64,000 nucleotides of DNA from Takakia lepidozioides. Its lineage: Eukaryota; Plantae; Bryophyta. The DNA lies in the NCBI GenBank assembly GCA_030704615.1, contig CM060731.1:67208001-67272000 (forward strand), in the 5' to 3' direction. Made by a program: the position numbers and the translations under genes. This document shows positions 46,353 through 59,305 of the stretch, in pieces (the first letter of the stretch is position 1; every line of letters starts with the position of its first letter). Below the pieces are notes generated by a model. That model did no database searches and was not told where the DNA came from. It saw only the letters and a program-made list of their open reading frames with translations.

Positions 46353-49300
46353 TCACTCAAGATAGCAGCTAGTGAAAGACTCTGAGAATTGGCTGGATGG
46401 CACCCACCAATTGCCATCTTCATCCTGTTCAACAGATCTCTTCTTGCCCCGCGTCACTTCTTCTGCCAGAGCTACGTGAAACTCAGCCTCCTTCCCTTTC
46501 ATTCGTCTGCCAATCAAGCGGTCAACAAAATAGAACTGTCTCCCTACCTCCATTCCTTTCCCTGCATTTGCAGATGAAGGGTCCGTCTCCTGCAGCTCAC
46601 CTTGTTTCATTGTGGTATTCAAAGGGGTGAGCAGGGCACTTCCCTCAGCACCTAATTGGGATGCACATCTCATTACTTCTGGCTTTTTCTCATAATGCTC
46701 AGCGGTCTCCAACCGTGGTTTGGCCACTGCTACCTGCATTGGGCAGGGTACATTGGTGATCTTGGGCTTCTCTTCGTAGAAATCACATTGTGGAGCAACG
46801 GGTTTGCATGTGTACACAGTGTTAGGGTGCTGAGGGGCTACCTCTGTCACCTTAGGCTTCTCCTGCACATCACAGTGGGCCACCTTAGGCTTCTCCTCCA
46901 CATCACATTGGGCCGCCTTCGGCTTCTGCTTCTGGACATCACAGTGGACAAATGGTAATGCAGCTGCCTGGAGAGTTTTGGCGCTCTTTGGTGAACAGTG
47001 TAGACTCTTCTCACTGGGTTGCAAGATCGGTTTCCTGTTACCTGCTGAGATCTGCATGTTCCTGTCCACCTTGTGCTTTGGCTCCTCTGCCTGGACATCA
47101 GTTTGGGCCGACACTGAGACTGGATGGTGAGTTTTGATTTTCTTCGCTGAACTACGTGCAACCACCTCACGGGGTTGCAAAACTGACCTCCGCTTACCCT
47201 GTGGGATTTTGACGGACCCATCGATCTTGTGTGGAGCCACATACAAGTGAAGTTTCCTTCCAGTGAGACCATCAGCGATGTCAACCACACGAAATATATG
47301 TACAAGCAATGTCAGATGCTGAACAAGCTCAAAGACACATACGTCACCTTCCTCCAGGCAATGATCAAGCGCATAATCTCTCCACCCACCACTAAGACCG
47401 TTCTTGCCACCAATCCAAATTGCTGGCCACACATTGCCTTTGGTGTCTTTCAGTTTCACAGTCAATTTGACAATGGGCAAGTGCTTTCTCCCAAACGACC
47501 TTTGCAGGTTCTGCAACCACATTCCATGGTCACAGTTTAGATCGGGCCAAGCTCGTTCGGGAACAACAGACAATCCATATTCCACTAAGAATACCAGGTA
47601 TTCTTGTTGTTTTGGGAGAGCTTGTCAAAAATGTCAGTTCACAGCATTCTGGCTAACGGCAAGGAGTTACAAGCGCTGCATGTAGAAATTCAACTCAACT
47701 CGCAAGTGTTCTTGAATGATTACCAACACCGAAGGAATCAGATTCATACTCGTCCTTCCCAGCTTGGCTCACTGACATCATTAGCCACCAGCGAGAGAGC
47801 TTTTCAAATGGCACAGCGCGCGGCTAGCTCGACAGGATCTTCTAAATGTTGGTTTCACAAAGTGCAGCAGCGTCAGGAAAGCAAGAGAAGGAAGGTGAGG
47901 CTTACAAGCCAAAACCCACGGTACACGTGAGACGGTTTCATGAGCACAACAACATTGGGATTCTTGCAGTTGTTAGCAAATTCTCGTGCAGCCACCATCG
48001 CCTTTTCTCTCTCCGCATCTGAAACAGGGCGCCTCCTAGAGACAAATGTTTCGGAGAACCACCCATTACCTCCCTCCACGGGAATACAATCCAAATTCAC
48101 ACTACTGTGTGAGCTGGGAAAGTTCATCTCTCCCTCATCATTTTGGTTGGCTTCCCTTTCCCCCCCCTCTTTCTTCTGATGAGTCGCATCCATCGTTGGA
48201 ATCTTGCTCTTGGGCACCCTTTCTCTTTGTATCACTCGACGCCTTTGAGACAAGAATTTCCGTGCCAAACGTGCTCTGCGCAGCTCCATATACAGTGTCG
48301 GCTTAACAGCAGCAGTTCGGTTTTTATCCCTTCCATGAAACTGCCCTAACATCTCGTTCTCGTGGCCAGTGGCATTCGCTCGTTCTCCACTCTTGGAATT
48401 TTGTAGTAGACGTCGCTTGGAAGTTTTTCGTCTCTCAACAAAATTAGCCAAAGTGTCGACTCCAAGAATGTCAGCCACAGGGGTACCTACATTGCAGGAG
48501 CATGTAATCAAGAAATCGTCAATACATGTACAAGAAACAAATGAAGTTGCCGCAAAGGTACAGATTACAGACACAGCTGAGCAAACAACTCAAAAGCGAG
48601 GGGATCAACCGATCAGTCGCAAATCTACTTAGCGAAAACTCAAATTTTTTCATTATGGTCTCTCCCTCCTTCCCTCCATCCCGTTGCTCGTAGGTTCCAG
48701 AGTTGTTTTTGCTGTACCACTCCCACGGAGCAACATGCATGTACCAAAAACCCCACTCATAAATTCCTCTTCTGGACGAGAGACTGGCAAGGTGCAGTGA
48801 CAAGCAGGTGGAACCATGCAAGATAAGCATGCGTCGAAAAGGTGCGTTTATGTATCTGGGATTCAGTACCACTTTGTTGCGCCTCAATGTCATCGGAGGA
48901 AGAGCGTTGCTGCTCTACATCAGTAGACGCCAACTTTCCGTTACTATCGGGCTGCTTTTCTGCATACTCCAAGGTGCTCTCCTCCTCATGGTCTTTCCCT
49001 GTAGGTGCGCTATTCCTCCGCCCACTATCCATTCCAGCGTCGCTTGAAAGAACGGGGGAGCCAAGTATCTCCTCACCAAACATACTGAACAAGCGAACTA
49101 AGAATCGGGACTCTGACAGTAGAGTGAAGAGAACGAGGCCTCCTGCCTCCAGAGAATGGTCAACAGCAAACTGCCTCCAACCTCCTCTGAATGCCCACGT
49201 GCTTTCTGAGGAGAGTGACAGATCCACTTGCCATGCACGGCCACTCGAATCTTGCAGTGTAACATTATTCTTGAAACTACTGGCGTGGTGCTTTACAAAC

Positions 49301-49684
49301 CCCCATGGGATGAACTGGAACCAGACCACAAGAGTTTCAACTCACTACAGGTGTAATGCAGATCTTAAATGCTACTACATCACCCTTCTAATTAGCTTTG
49401 TCCATGCTCAAGTGAAAAAGAAGTGTTCTAACTTCTAGCGTGCACCACTGGCTTGATGTCCATATATTCTAGACATGTAATGAGCAAGGAGAGGTCACAG
49501 AAAAATAGAAAGAGCAAAAGAACGATTCACAGTACGAAGATACACCCACCAGCGGACTATCAGTCGAGACTTTCCGAAAATCTTCCACCACTATCTTGTA
49601 GAAGCTTTTTGGATACCTCTGCGCTTCGCCACAGTCTTGTCTCTGGCAATGGCGAGTGCACAACGTGCATACGCCCCCAGTCAT
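46353..49684 (-). CDS. B3/REM-like transcription factor with two B3 domains and a C-terminal chromodomain-like module, multi-exon
   Basis: Exon 1 MTGGVCTLCTRHC..PKSFYKIV; B3-1 FIPWGFV..VTLQDSSGRAWQV..GGWRQFAVDHSLEAGG; B3-2 VVLMKPSHVYRGFWL|intron|..LSGGWRDYALDHCLEEGDVCVFEL; tail FYFVDRLIGRR..EFHV..WWVP. Confidence 0.9.
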
Positions 49685-51204
49685 TAGAAAACGCCCGGCC
49701 CAACTGGACCCAGCTCACAGCGACATGAGCAAAGCACTGTGCAGCTCCGAAAACAAACCGCATACCCGCAATCCCAAATGGACCCAAGCAAAACACGCAG
49801 ACACCATAATATCAAACTGCACAGTGCAGACCCAAAGAAACAGCCAACGCTGCAGGAAGGCTGCGAGCGAAGGTGACAGACTACTCCAAAGAGACAAAGA
49901 CACCGCAGCGTGAACCTCAACTAACTCAACGACGAAGACCAACGATCGTCGGACTGGACAGAATGGAAACCCACAAAACTACCCGTTGAACTCATCAGAT
50001 CGTCTCTCTGTTGCTGCATGGAAGAAACCCACCACTGTTTTGGGCTCTTTGAACTTGTAACTCCCCACAAAAACTCCCGAGTCCTTCAATCCCTCAATCC
50101 CTTCATGAAGCACAAGTTATTCCAAAACAATGTCAGATAATTATGGCCATGGGCCATTAAAGTACATCTGTCACAGTTATGAGCCGGCATGGCAGTGAGA
50201 CTGCGACAAGCAGCCGAACCCCACTACCTACCCAATGGAGGTCCGAGAGTGAACTGTGAAAGCATGCATAACTTCCCCTTTGGAGTATTTGCTCCTCCAT
50301 GAGTTGAAGTTATTGAGGTTTTCATGGGTAGGTGACAGGCCTATATTTAGACAAACCTGTCTACATGTTGTCATTTGTTCTCCGTTATCATAAAATGAAA
50401 TAAAGTCTGTTTTCCGTCCAACAAATTTGTAGAGCATGCGGCTCATTCAACTCGCAGCTAATAAATGCTTGAAGAAACATTTGGACAGATAGAACCAGGC
50501 TTACCTCGGATCAGTGTTTCTCTTAAGAAATTTGGCGAGTGGCTACAGAGTTTTGCAAAAAATAACCGTACATTCTGTTCATCCACTAAAATTCATCCAC
50601 CTCTGTACTTTCATCCATTTATATCATCCATATTTGGCGAATACATCCATAATATATTTTCTACTTGGAGAAGTTTGGCAATTTCATCCATGGAAAACAG
50701 GGAATTTGCGACAAAATATTCCATTTTATTTTTTTGAGGTCACATTTGGCGATAAATTGCCAGTAAAAGAATGGCTACCTCGCAGTGAACCAGAAACATA
50801 GGATCCAATAGAATTCTTATCAGTCCGTTATAGCAGCGTCCTTGCTTATCTTCACAATTGTGTAGCATAATCACGCTCCTATCATGTTCACACTATGACC
50901 ACATGGCAATGGAGGTTAGCAGAGAAGCCTGTCATAATCCCCAAGATGCTTTGCCGTTCACACGAGTGTTGGGCGGTTCTTTAGTTTCCAAGCAAAGTAG
51001 TTGGGCGGTTTTGAGTTTTTACCACTATAGAACTTGGGGCCACAAGTTACTGGAAGTTAGAGGCCTGACACCCCTAGGTGCCCCCAGGAAATCACCCCCT
51101 TGTGTTTTTGGAGGGGCAATTCCTTCCTGGGACAGTTCTTTGGGGGTGAGGGGGAGTGCCCATGGAACCTGGTCCTAATCCCCATTGCCGTGATTGGCTA
51201 TTAT

Positions 51205-51400
51205 ATACACCTCCCGAAGCGCAAATTATGGTGTCTCTTCACCACAGGGGCTACTGCCTTCCAGCTAAAAGGTGGACACCTTCATGACACACCAGACGGT
51301 GGTCTGAACCCACATCCAACGTGGTATGAGCCCGTTACCACGGGGCTACATGTTGGTTGTCGGCTTCTCCCACCTTAGAGCTGCAAGAGCACACTCTACC
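51205..51400 (-). mobile_element. Short retroposon/SINE-like repeat (second copy 52915-53070; tail-only copies ~2640-2680, 4315-4355, 54278-54294)
   Basis: Shared cctcccgaag..cttcacc..gggctactgccttcc..aaggtggacaccttcatgacacaccagac..aacccaca. Confidence 0.55.
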
Positions 51401-51931
51401 TGGGCGGAACTTCCAATGGCAGCTTCCAACCATTGCGCGGCCAAAAGTGTGCAACCCCCGGTGTGAACATGTATGATGCAAGGGACCGATTTATTCCCAT
51501 TTATTCTGAAATTAATCTTATAAATTGTAGAAATTTGTTAGATCAAACGACCTTTGTATGTAAATAATCTTTGTAATTCTTTCCTAGAGGTCCAACCATC
51601 GTTCAATCATTACAGTACAATCATTACAGTATTACCGTTTTTGTTTTTAACCTTTTCAATAGTCTCCAGTCCTTGCTTGGACTTGAATCCAGGAAGAAAC
51701 ATAAATCCCAGTGCCATTTCTAGGTCACCCAAGAGAGATCCACCAGAACTGACTGCATGGCGGCAGATACAGCCCAGGTAAGACAAGAGTACCAGAAATT
51801 TTAGGAGTATTAATATTTTAGTTGGTTTAAAGTGTGTGTTTTATATATGGTAAAATACTTAAAGTGCGGTTTTTTTAATTGGATGTTTAATGTCTTACTT
51901 TTATTTTTCCACATTGCTATTTGGAGCATAC

Positions 51932-52558
51932 CAGTGTTGGACTGGTATCACAAAAATATGATACCAGACTGGTCCTGGTATCACAACCGCCCGTATTTCT
52001 CAAGACTGATAAGGTCCTGGTATTGGGATAAGGGGGCCAGATAGCATATAGGAGGGGTATCAATAACGTCAATTTATGGTTGTATAGCAGTATGGTATCA
52101 ATACTTATTTTTTTTCATCTCATACTGGGGGAATAATGAATATTTCCCGGGTATGTATATAGAGTATTTGATATATTCAAGAAAATAATCAATAACCTGA
52201 AAACAAAATTGACCTTCACACTCGATCACAATTACTACTGGTATTACTATCACTACTATGGTACTATCATTATTACTATTACTATGTTTATTACTACTGT
52301 GCCGTTTGGAGGCTCACATCGGAGCAATATTGGTATCAATAGCAATTTCGTCCATCACAATACCGGTATCAACAGCAATCTCGTCCATCGCAATACCAGC
52401 CGGGTATGGTATATACCGCAATATGGAGCTATATTGCATTGCCCCTAGTATGGTATTGCCGGGGGTATTGGCCACCCTACCTACTAGCCGGGTATGGTCT
52501 CACCTACCCGGGTTGATATAGCCGGGTTGGGGTTGGACCTATATAGCTGTCCAACACT
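51932..52558. mobile_element. hAT-like MITE with ATACC/GGTAT subterminal repeats (relatives at ~55140-55350 and 55872-56465)
   Basis: CAGTGTTGGAC ... GTCCAACACT ends; dense ataccag/ctggtat motifs; no clear TSD. Confidence 0.55.
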
Positions 52559-53933
52559 CGAGGAGACTAAGATTGAGTGTGCAACAGTGTCACCAGATTC
52601 TGCTGTATGCCTGAAAGCTAATAATTATGAAAGTTAAAATGATAGGGTCATTTTGCTACAATGTTTACAAATTTACAAGTTTGAGAAATTAGTTACTTCA
52701 TTTAAGGTGATATTTTTGGAGGTAATATAGCTCTAAGGGAAGGACGACAATGAGGTTATGAGAAAGGTAGAAGCTATTAACCCTAAAACGACGAGGACCA
52801 TTTTGGTGGACCCACTAAAAAATAGTGCATGCCTCATGGATAAGGGTGTAACTCTTTACCCCCAATCATCTATATGGATGAACCTTATACTAATGTGCAA
52901 AGTAAAAAAGTATGACGCCTCCCGAAGGAAGCGTAACTTATGGAGTCACTTCACCAGGAAGGGCTACTGCCTTCCGCTAGGAAGGTGGACACCTTCATGA
53001 CACACCAGACAGTGGTTTTAACCCACAACCATATCCAATGTGCTATGTGCCCATTACCACTGCTGGTTGTCTAATGTGTCAAATTACTAATGTGAAAAAT
53101 ATAGTCAATTTGACCATTGCATTTGAGAGACTATAACAGAATAATCTGTCCCAAGTTATAAATGTATTTTAAGATTGCATGGAAAAAATGGTTTGGCCAA
53201 TAAATTCATGTATCAAGTTGAATTCTCGAGGCATGCGCCCTCCATAATCTGATTATATGGCACCTAAGGGACTCTCTCCCCAAAAAGCAGACTGAAATTC
53301 CAAAAACTGAGATAGGCTGCTTTGTATGTGAAATCTGGGGGCTAAATTGTCATGGTTTGGCTTCTTTCCCAAGTACACCCACGAGGTGATGTTTGTTTTC
53401 TAATCCTGCGGTAAGTAAGTGCACACTAACATTACATAGTGCCTTGTACAAAAAAATTGGCATTTTGAGAAACTATGAGCCCTAAATGAATTTTCAAGAC
53501 TGCCCATTTGGCTTGCATGTGGGCAGGTCAACTGTTTTGGACCCTGGTTTCAGCCCCCTAGCACTTTGAAAAATTCTAGGGAGCAGAGCTTTTGTTAATT
53601 TAAGGCGCTGTAAATTCCCACGTGTGCTTCTCCCTAACCTGCACACTTTATCTTCAGGGATCACTTCCATCCTATGTCATCTATGAAAGCTGGATCGTGG
53701 CAAAAAATTGACTCAACCCATCCGGTTATGACTCAAGTAGAGTTGGACCGGTATACCTGGTCGAATCTAGGTACGGAATATGGGTATGAGTACATGTATT
53801 GAAGAACATACTAGTCAGGTATGATGAACCAATGTACTCTGGTGATACAGGTGGGGGGGGGGGGGGACGGGGTATATGTCTTTAGGGTTGCACCCCACAC
53901 ATACCATACCTGTCTGGGTATAACGTACGCATA

Positions 53934-54129
53934 AGTTGGTCCCCATACCAGTATTGCGGCGAGTTCATGGTGGATGGAGTATGAATATATGTTAGTGTAG
54001 GTTGGTCCCAATACCATTGTTGCGGCGAGTTCATGGTGGATGGAGTATGAATATATGTTAGTGTAGGTTGGTCCCAATACCATTGTTGCGGCGAGTTCAT
54101 GGTGGATGGAGTATGAGTATATGTTAGTG
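53934..54129. repeat. 66-bp tandem repeat, 3 copies
   Basis: gttggtcccaataccattgttgcggcgagttcatggtggatggagtatgaatatatgttagtgtag. Confidence 0.95.
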
Positions 54130-54307
54130 CAGCTAGTTGTAATCTGTACTACCATTTTGTTAATTCGAGGCTCCAGCTGCAATTTAGATTTCATTTGTTG
54201 TTTCATGCTACATTGGGTTGCCTTTGCCTCGTGTTTCATAGTTTAGACTACAATTAGTTGTGTGCTTTTTATTTACACTTCCTTCGGGAGGCATCAAATA
54301 TTATTAA

Positions 54308-55081
54308 CCCCTAATGGACCAGGCAGTTTTTGGTGGCCCCTCCAAAACATGACATACCCTCGCGAATGAGGGTATACCTCTTAGGAAACTAACATCCACA
54401 GGGATGAACCGTATGAATGGGAGGCTACCTACTTCATCCAGCTTCTGTGAAAATTTCAGCTCATTCCACCGTGTCGTTTGGAAGATTATAAGAAATTTGC
54501 AAGCCCAAAATTTGGGGTACACTCCAAATTTAGAGTGGAAAAATGGTTTGACCAGAAATTGGATCGACAAAATATTTTTTCCTCGCAAGACCCCATCCAG
54601 ATTCCAATTATGTGGCACCTAAAGCATGTTGCCCCAAAATTTCAAAGTAGAATTCCAAAATCTTGATAAGGTTGCTTGGTATGGAAAGAAAGGGGGGTCA
54701 AAACACACCATGAAGCTCAAATGACATGTAATTCAAGCTTAGGGAGTCGAAATTTCCTTGGAATCACAATTGTTGCGGTGAAAGTGTTCTTGAATGCTGA
54801 ACTACTACCTCCAAAAAAAATTCAGAATTCTAACAAAAATTCAGGCAGAGATTTGCATTTGTTTCCATTTGTACTTTTGCCTTGTTGTCACCCCTTCAGC
54901 CTGCCGCGTCCCTAAGTCAAAGCTGCTGGAGGACCAATTTTGGGCACCCCTGCACACTAATATAAATACTGACGGCAGGGCTTTCATTATTTTAGGGTGC
55001 CATAAAGACGGGCAGGTGCATGACATCAAGGTGCATCGTGGATGATTTCTGACGCGACCGGGTCGCCTCGTTCATTAGGGG
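54308..55081. mobile_element. piggyBac-like non-autonomous element
   Basis: TTAA|CCCCTAATGGACCAGGC ... GCCTCGTTCATTAGGGG|TTAA. Confidence 0.75.
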
Positions 55082-57090
55082 TTAAGCTGTGTGCTTTAAT
55101 GACATTTATTTATATATAGGGTGAGCAATAGAAATACTATACCAGTGCTCATATACCCCCAATATCACTATAAAAAAGTACAATACTAGTACCATACTCA
55201 TGTATAGGCTAAAATACAATTACTCATACCATACCCAAGTTGCTCATACCTGTATAGATACCTATATCAGCCTGGTATGAAAAAAGGGGTCGGACCCTTC
55301 ATACCAAGACCAGTTTGGTCGTAAAAAATGGACATATCAGTCCAACATTCGCTATCAGTCAACAACTTCTTAGCAGTACTCTTTCACAAGTTATTTATAG
55401 GGCTCACCATTGAACAGGAGCAATGTGAAGTGGCTTTTAATTAGGCGAGCAGTGGCCGACGTCTCTCTAGTTCTCTAGTTAGGGTTGAGAAAAATGGCTC
55501 TTAATTAGGCAAGCCCTGGCTGGTGTCTCTCTACTTCTCTAGTTAGGGTTGAGAAATTTAGGGTGCTTGGCAGTAAAGAGCCATGATATTTTTCTTCGTT
55601 CATTATTAGGTCGTTTATAGGGCAAAAGATCCCAGTGCCACCTCAAATGTCTATTCCCATTACGTAGAGCAGTTTCATTAATGAGGGAATCTTTAGAAGG
55701 TCCAAAAATAAGACATGGAGGGTGGGACGAATGGTATGGCACTGAAAGGGGTATGGGTAGGGGTAATTTGGCTTGTGAGGTGTCAAGCCAAGCTAAGAAG
55801 AAGGGAGCAGATGGGCCCATCTGGGATGCTTGGGAATTTGTCGTGACTCACTGTCTCACCTAGGAATATACCAGTGTTTGGACTGGTATCAATATTGGTA
55901 TGTATATTGGTATGAAGTACCAGACCAGTCTGGTATCGCCTCATGCCACTACCTAGCATATACCCGTATTGGCTCTGGTATGTGCTTCCTAATACTGTGG
56001 ATGCTACCCTACCAGTCTGGTAGGTGGTTGAAAATCTGGTACTTGATACCAGTACCAGGTCCATTTTTGTCAGGAGAACCTAGGTATCAATATCGACGGC
56101 GCAGTAAGGATGGATGCAGCTTTCAATAAGCAAAATAAAAATCAGGCCGGAAGATGAAATATGTGAAGCTGGATAATTTGAGGAGTAATATCAATGAGAA
56201 GCATGCTTGTACACATTTATATGAGAAGTGGGAGTTTTTTTTATACCAGACTACTATTGATATTACCCTGGTATCGATTTCTAAAAACTCTTGCTATTGA
56301 TACCCGTAAAACAGCACACTAATCATGTATTATTGATACCACCATGGTATCAAAATCTTAGATTTTTGCCAATACCAGTACCTACCTGGTATCACAATTG
56401 GCCGGGGGCCTATATACCAATACCAATACCAATATGGTGTGTTCAAAATACTATACCAGTCCACCTGTGGGGTGAAATCGGTGGGTCCATCTCCAACTAG
56501 GTATAGCCATCTTCAGTGGCTTTTTAGATAGTTATGTATGTAGGTATAGCCATCTTCACTAGTTTACTAGTTGACTTTCTAGATAGTTTTGCTGTTAGTG
56601 GGGTGAGAAGCAACTCACTAACCAGATGTGGAAGGAAGGAAGGTGGTTACACTGCGTGCATGGTTGTGGCTGGTGCAGGAGTATACAGGGGTGGGGTTGG
56701 TGAAGAACGATATGGTTGCACACATTGGGGCAGTGGGATGGGGAGAGGGTTGGGGGCTGGTCAAGGACGATACAGCTGCAGAGTGGGATTTACAGGTTCA
56801 ACACACAATCATCTTACTCATGAAATTTCTGCCTACAATCCCAAACACGCATTTTAGATATGTGCAGGAGCTCAAGAAATTTATGCTTCATTGCTCTGCT
56901 CTACTTTTGCAAATCCATTATACTACAACTTTTTGTAGAAAGTACTAAACATCAGTGTGGGAAATTTTGAAGGTAAGAAAACGAGAGATATTGGAGCATA
57001 CAATAGGGATGCAGGAAATGGTCCATGAGAGCAACTGATGGGATGAAGACATGTGTCCCAGCCACGTCCAGGGGCCACCGCCCGGATATA

Positions 57091-57494
57091 CCGTACTGAC
57101 CTAGCTTATTAGGCACTTCTGCCCCCTAATAATTAATCAAAATGGAATATTATTAGGCAGATTCATTTTTATTATTTAGGCACCGCACCTAGGTAATTTC
57201 CAAACATTAGGTACAGTCGACCCTAGATAATAATGAACATTGTTTTTGACCTCCCTAAAAGACTATTGTTGAGGTAATTTTCTTTAAAAAAAGCATAATG
57301 GTCTTGAAAATAGATATTACCTCAACAATTGTTTTTGACCTCCCTCAAAAACTATTGTTGAGGTAATTTTCGAGCAATTAGGCACTTCTCAGGAAAGTTT
57401 TCCAAGTTTTAGGCACATTTTCCAAAAATGTTCTAAATTTAATTAGGCACTTGATTTTGAATTAAGTATTGCCTAATAAGCTAGTTCAGTACGG
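57091..57494. mobile_element. Tc1/mariner(pogo)-type MITE
   Basis: TA|CCGTACTGACCTAGCTTATTAGGCA ... TGCCTAATAAGCTAGTTCAGTACGG|TA. Confidence 0.9.
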
Positions 57495-59305
57495 TATAAG
57501 GAGGGGAAGCTTGCCATGGCCTCTCCTGCCTCCAACTTACGGACTACTAACTTACTAACTAATCTACACCCACACCCAAAGCCTCCATTAAAAAGAAAAA
57601 ATATGGAACAGGTACCATGAGAAAATTATATGCTAGCTCTATTATTTAGATAAGCTCCCAAGTTTGGGTGGGGTTTGGGTGGGCCCTGTCCATTAGAGAG
57701 TCGTCCAGGAATTAATAAGCGGGGTTATAGTAAGCTAAACAAGGATTTGCATTAATAACCGTCATGTAAGTAAAGTAAAAAGAAGGTAGGAAGGTGAGAG
57801 GTATTAAATCGGGGATGGTTCAGCCGGCAATTCGGGTAAGAAGGTTTTTAGGGGTGACATGTCTAGGGCCTTCTAGATTAGCATTAGAAAGCAACCAGGC
57901 CCCAAAAATGCAGATGGATCTGAATTTCTAGATGCCCAGCAATCTGAATCTGGATGGCATTCACAATCAGAAACCAACACCAAAGGGACTTTGCTTGGTC
58001 AAACTAGTTTTCAGGACCCAAATCCCAGTGGATTTACAAAATCCACCTTGTGCTTTTGTTATACATATATTTTCCAGCAGTGAATTTGTTTGAAATTTTG
58101 TGAGTAAGTGGATGTAGTTATATGGGTTTCTGTAAGGTTCAAATCCGCGGATGGTACAATGTATTGAGACAGAGAGGGTTATATATGCAGGCATGGCAGG
58201 TTTTGAGGCCCACTAGCCCAAAAACTCGTCGGCACTTAGGGGTTAAACCGTCATGTTTAATGTGTCCAGATAATGCAATGTGCAGCCTCCCTCTCCAGAT
58301 CGCTACAAAGGAGGTAGAGCCAAATCTTGTCTCACAAATCCAAAAACTTACAAGAAGCTGGCCAACATCATGATGTATATTTCTATGGAAACTGGACTCA
58401 ACTGGATCAGCCATGTAGGAATTTGTGATTTTTGTTTTCCTATTTTGCAAAGGTTTTTAAAAAAAAAATTGCAGCTCACAAAATGGTTATAAGATTCCAA
58501 TTCTTACAAGTATGAATTGTGAAATTTGAGGTCTCAGTGCCTAAGGGATCTAGTTAGGAACTTGATTGAAGAGTCATAGAGCTTAACACAATTTTAGTAA
58601 TGAATAAAAAGGTGGCCAGGGGTGCAGATTTTGCAGTCAAGGGTGGAAAAAGGCTTAGGGCTAACACTGTGCAGCCTCACATGGGCGTCTTACGATCAGT
58701 AGGCATCCACTTCACTTGACGTGCGTTACTTTCGGAGCTCTATCTTTCTTTCGGACTCCGGGGCACCTTCCCCAACACAAAGAGCACAACGCACTGCCCG
58801 AGTGGATCCACACTTCTCGTATCCGGTCCAACAACCAGCACTTGCAGCGAGGTTCATTTGGCCTGCCGTTTCAAGGTAGTAATGACACATGCGCAATAGA
58901 GAGACCACATTTCTCTGTCGTTCCTCCATCGTACCACACTATCCCGTGTTATCAGAGTTGGATAAATATGATTCAAGCTGCTTATTCGTCATACATTCCC
59001 AATATCGAGTCTGTCCCGGCGCTATCAGTATCGAGTCTGCCCAAACCTTGGTCCGTCGTGAAGAGTCTGCATGTAGTGGAGCAGCAGGAAGTAAAGTTTA
59101 ATCTGACTAAAAATTGGAAGTGTTTACCCATCCTTGACTCACTACAAACGGGCTACAAAAAAAAAACTGATAATTTTGTAGCAAGGCAGATCGATTGTGA
59201 AGAATTTCCTCCAACAAAACAGATCAAAACAACCAGTCTTTCCAGAATTTTGATAAGAAAACTTTTTCCTCTATTCCTTTGAATCCTTTTTGGTCCTCCA
59301 ATAAA

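Noticed and set aside
53811-54239. 142-aa repetitive ORF
   Set aside because: By-product of a 66-bp tandem repeat with no coding context.
58716-59282. 188-aa plus-strand ORF
   Set aside because: Non-ATG start, no recognisable motif, antisense to the 3' region of the B3 gene.
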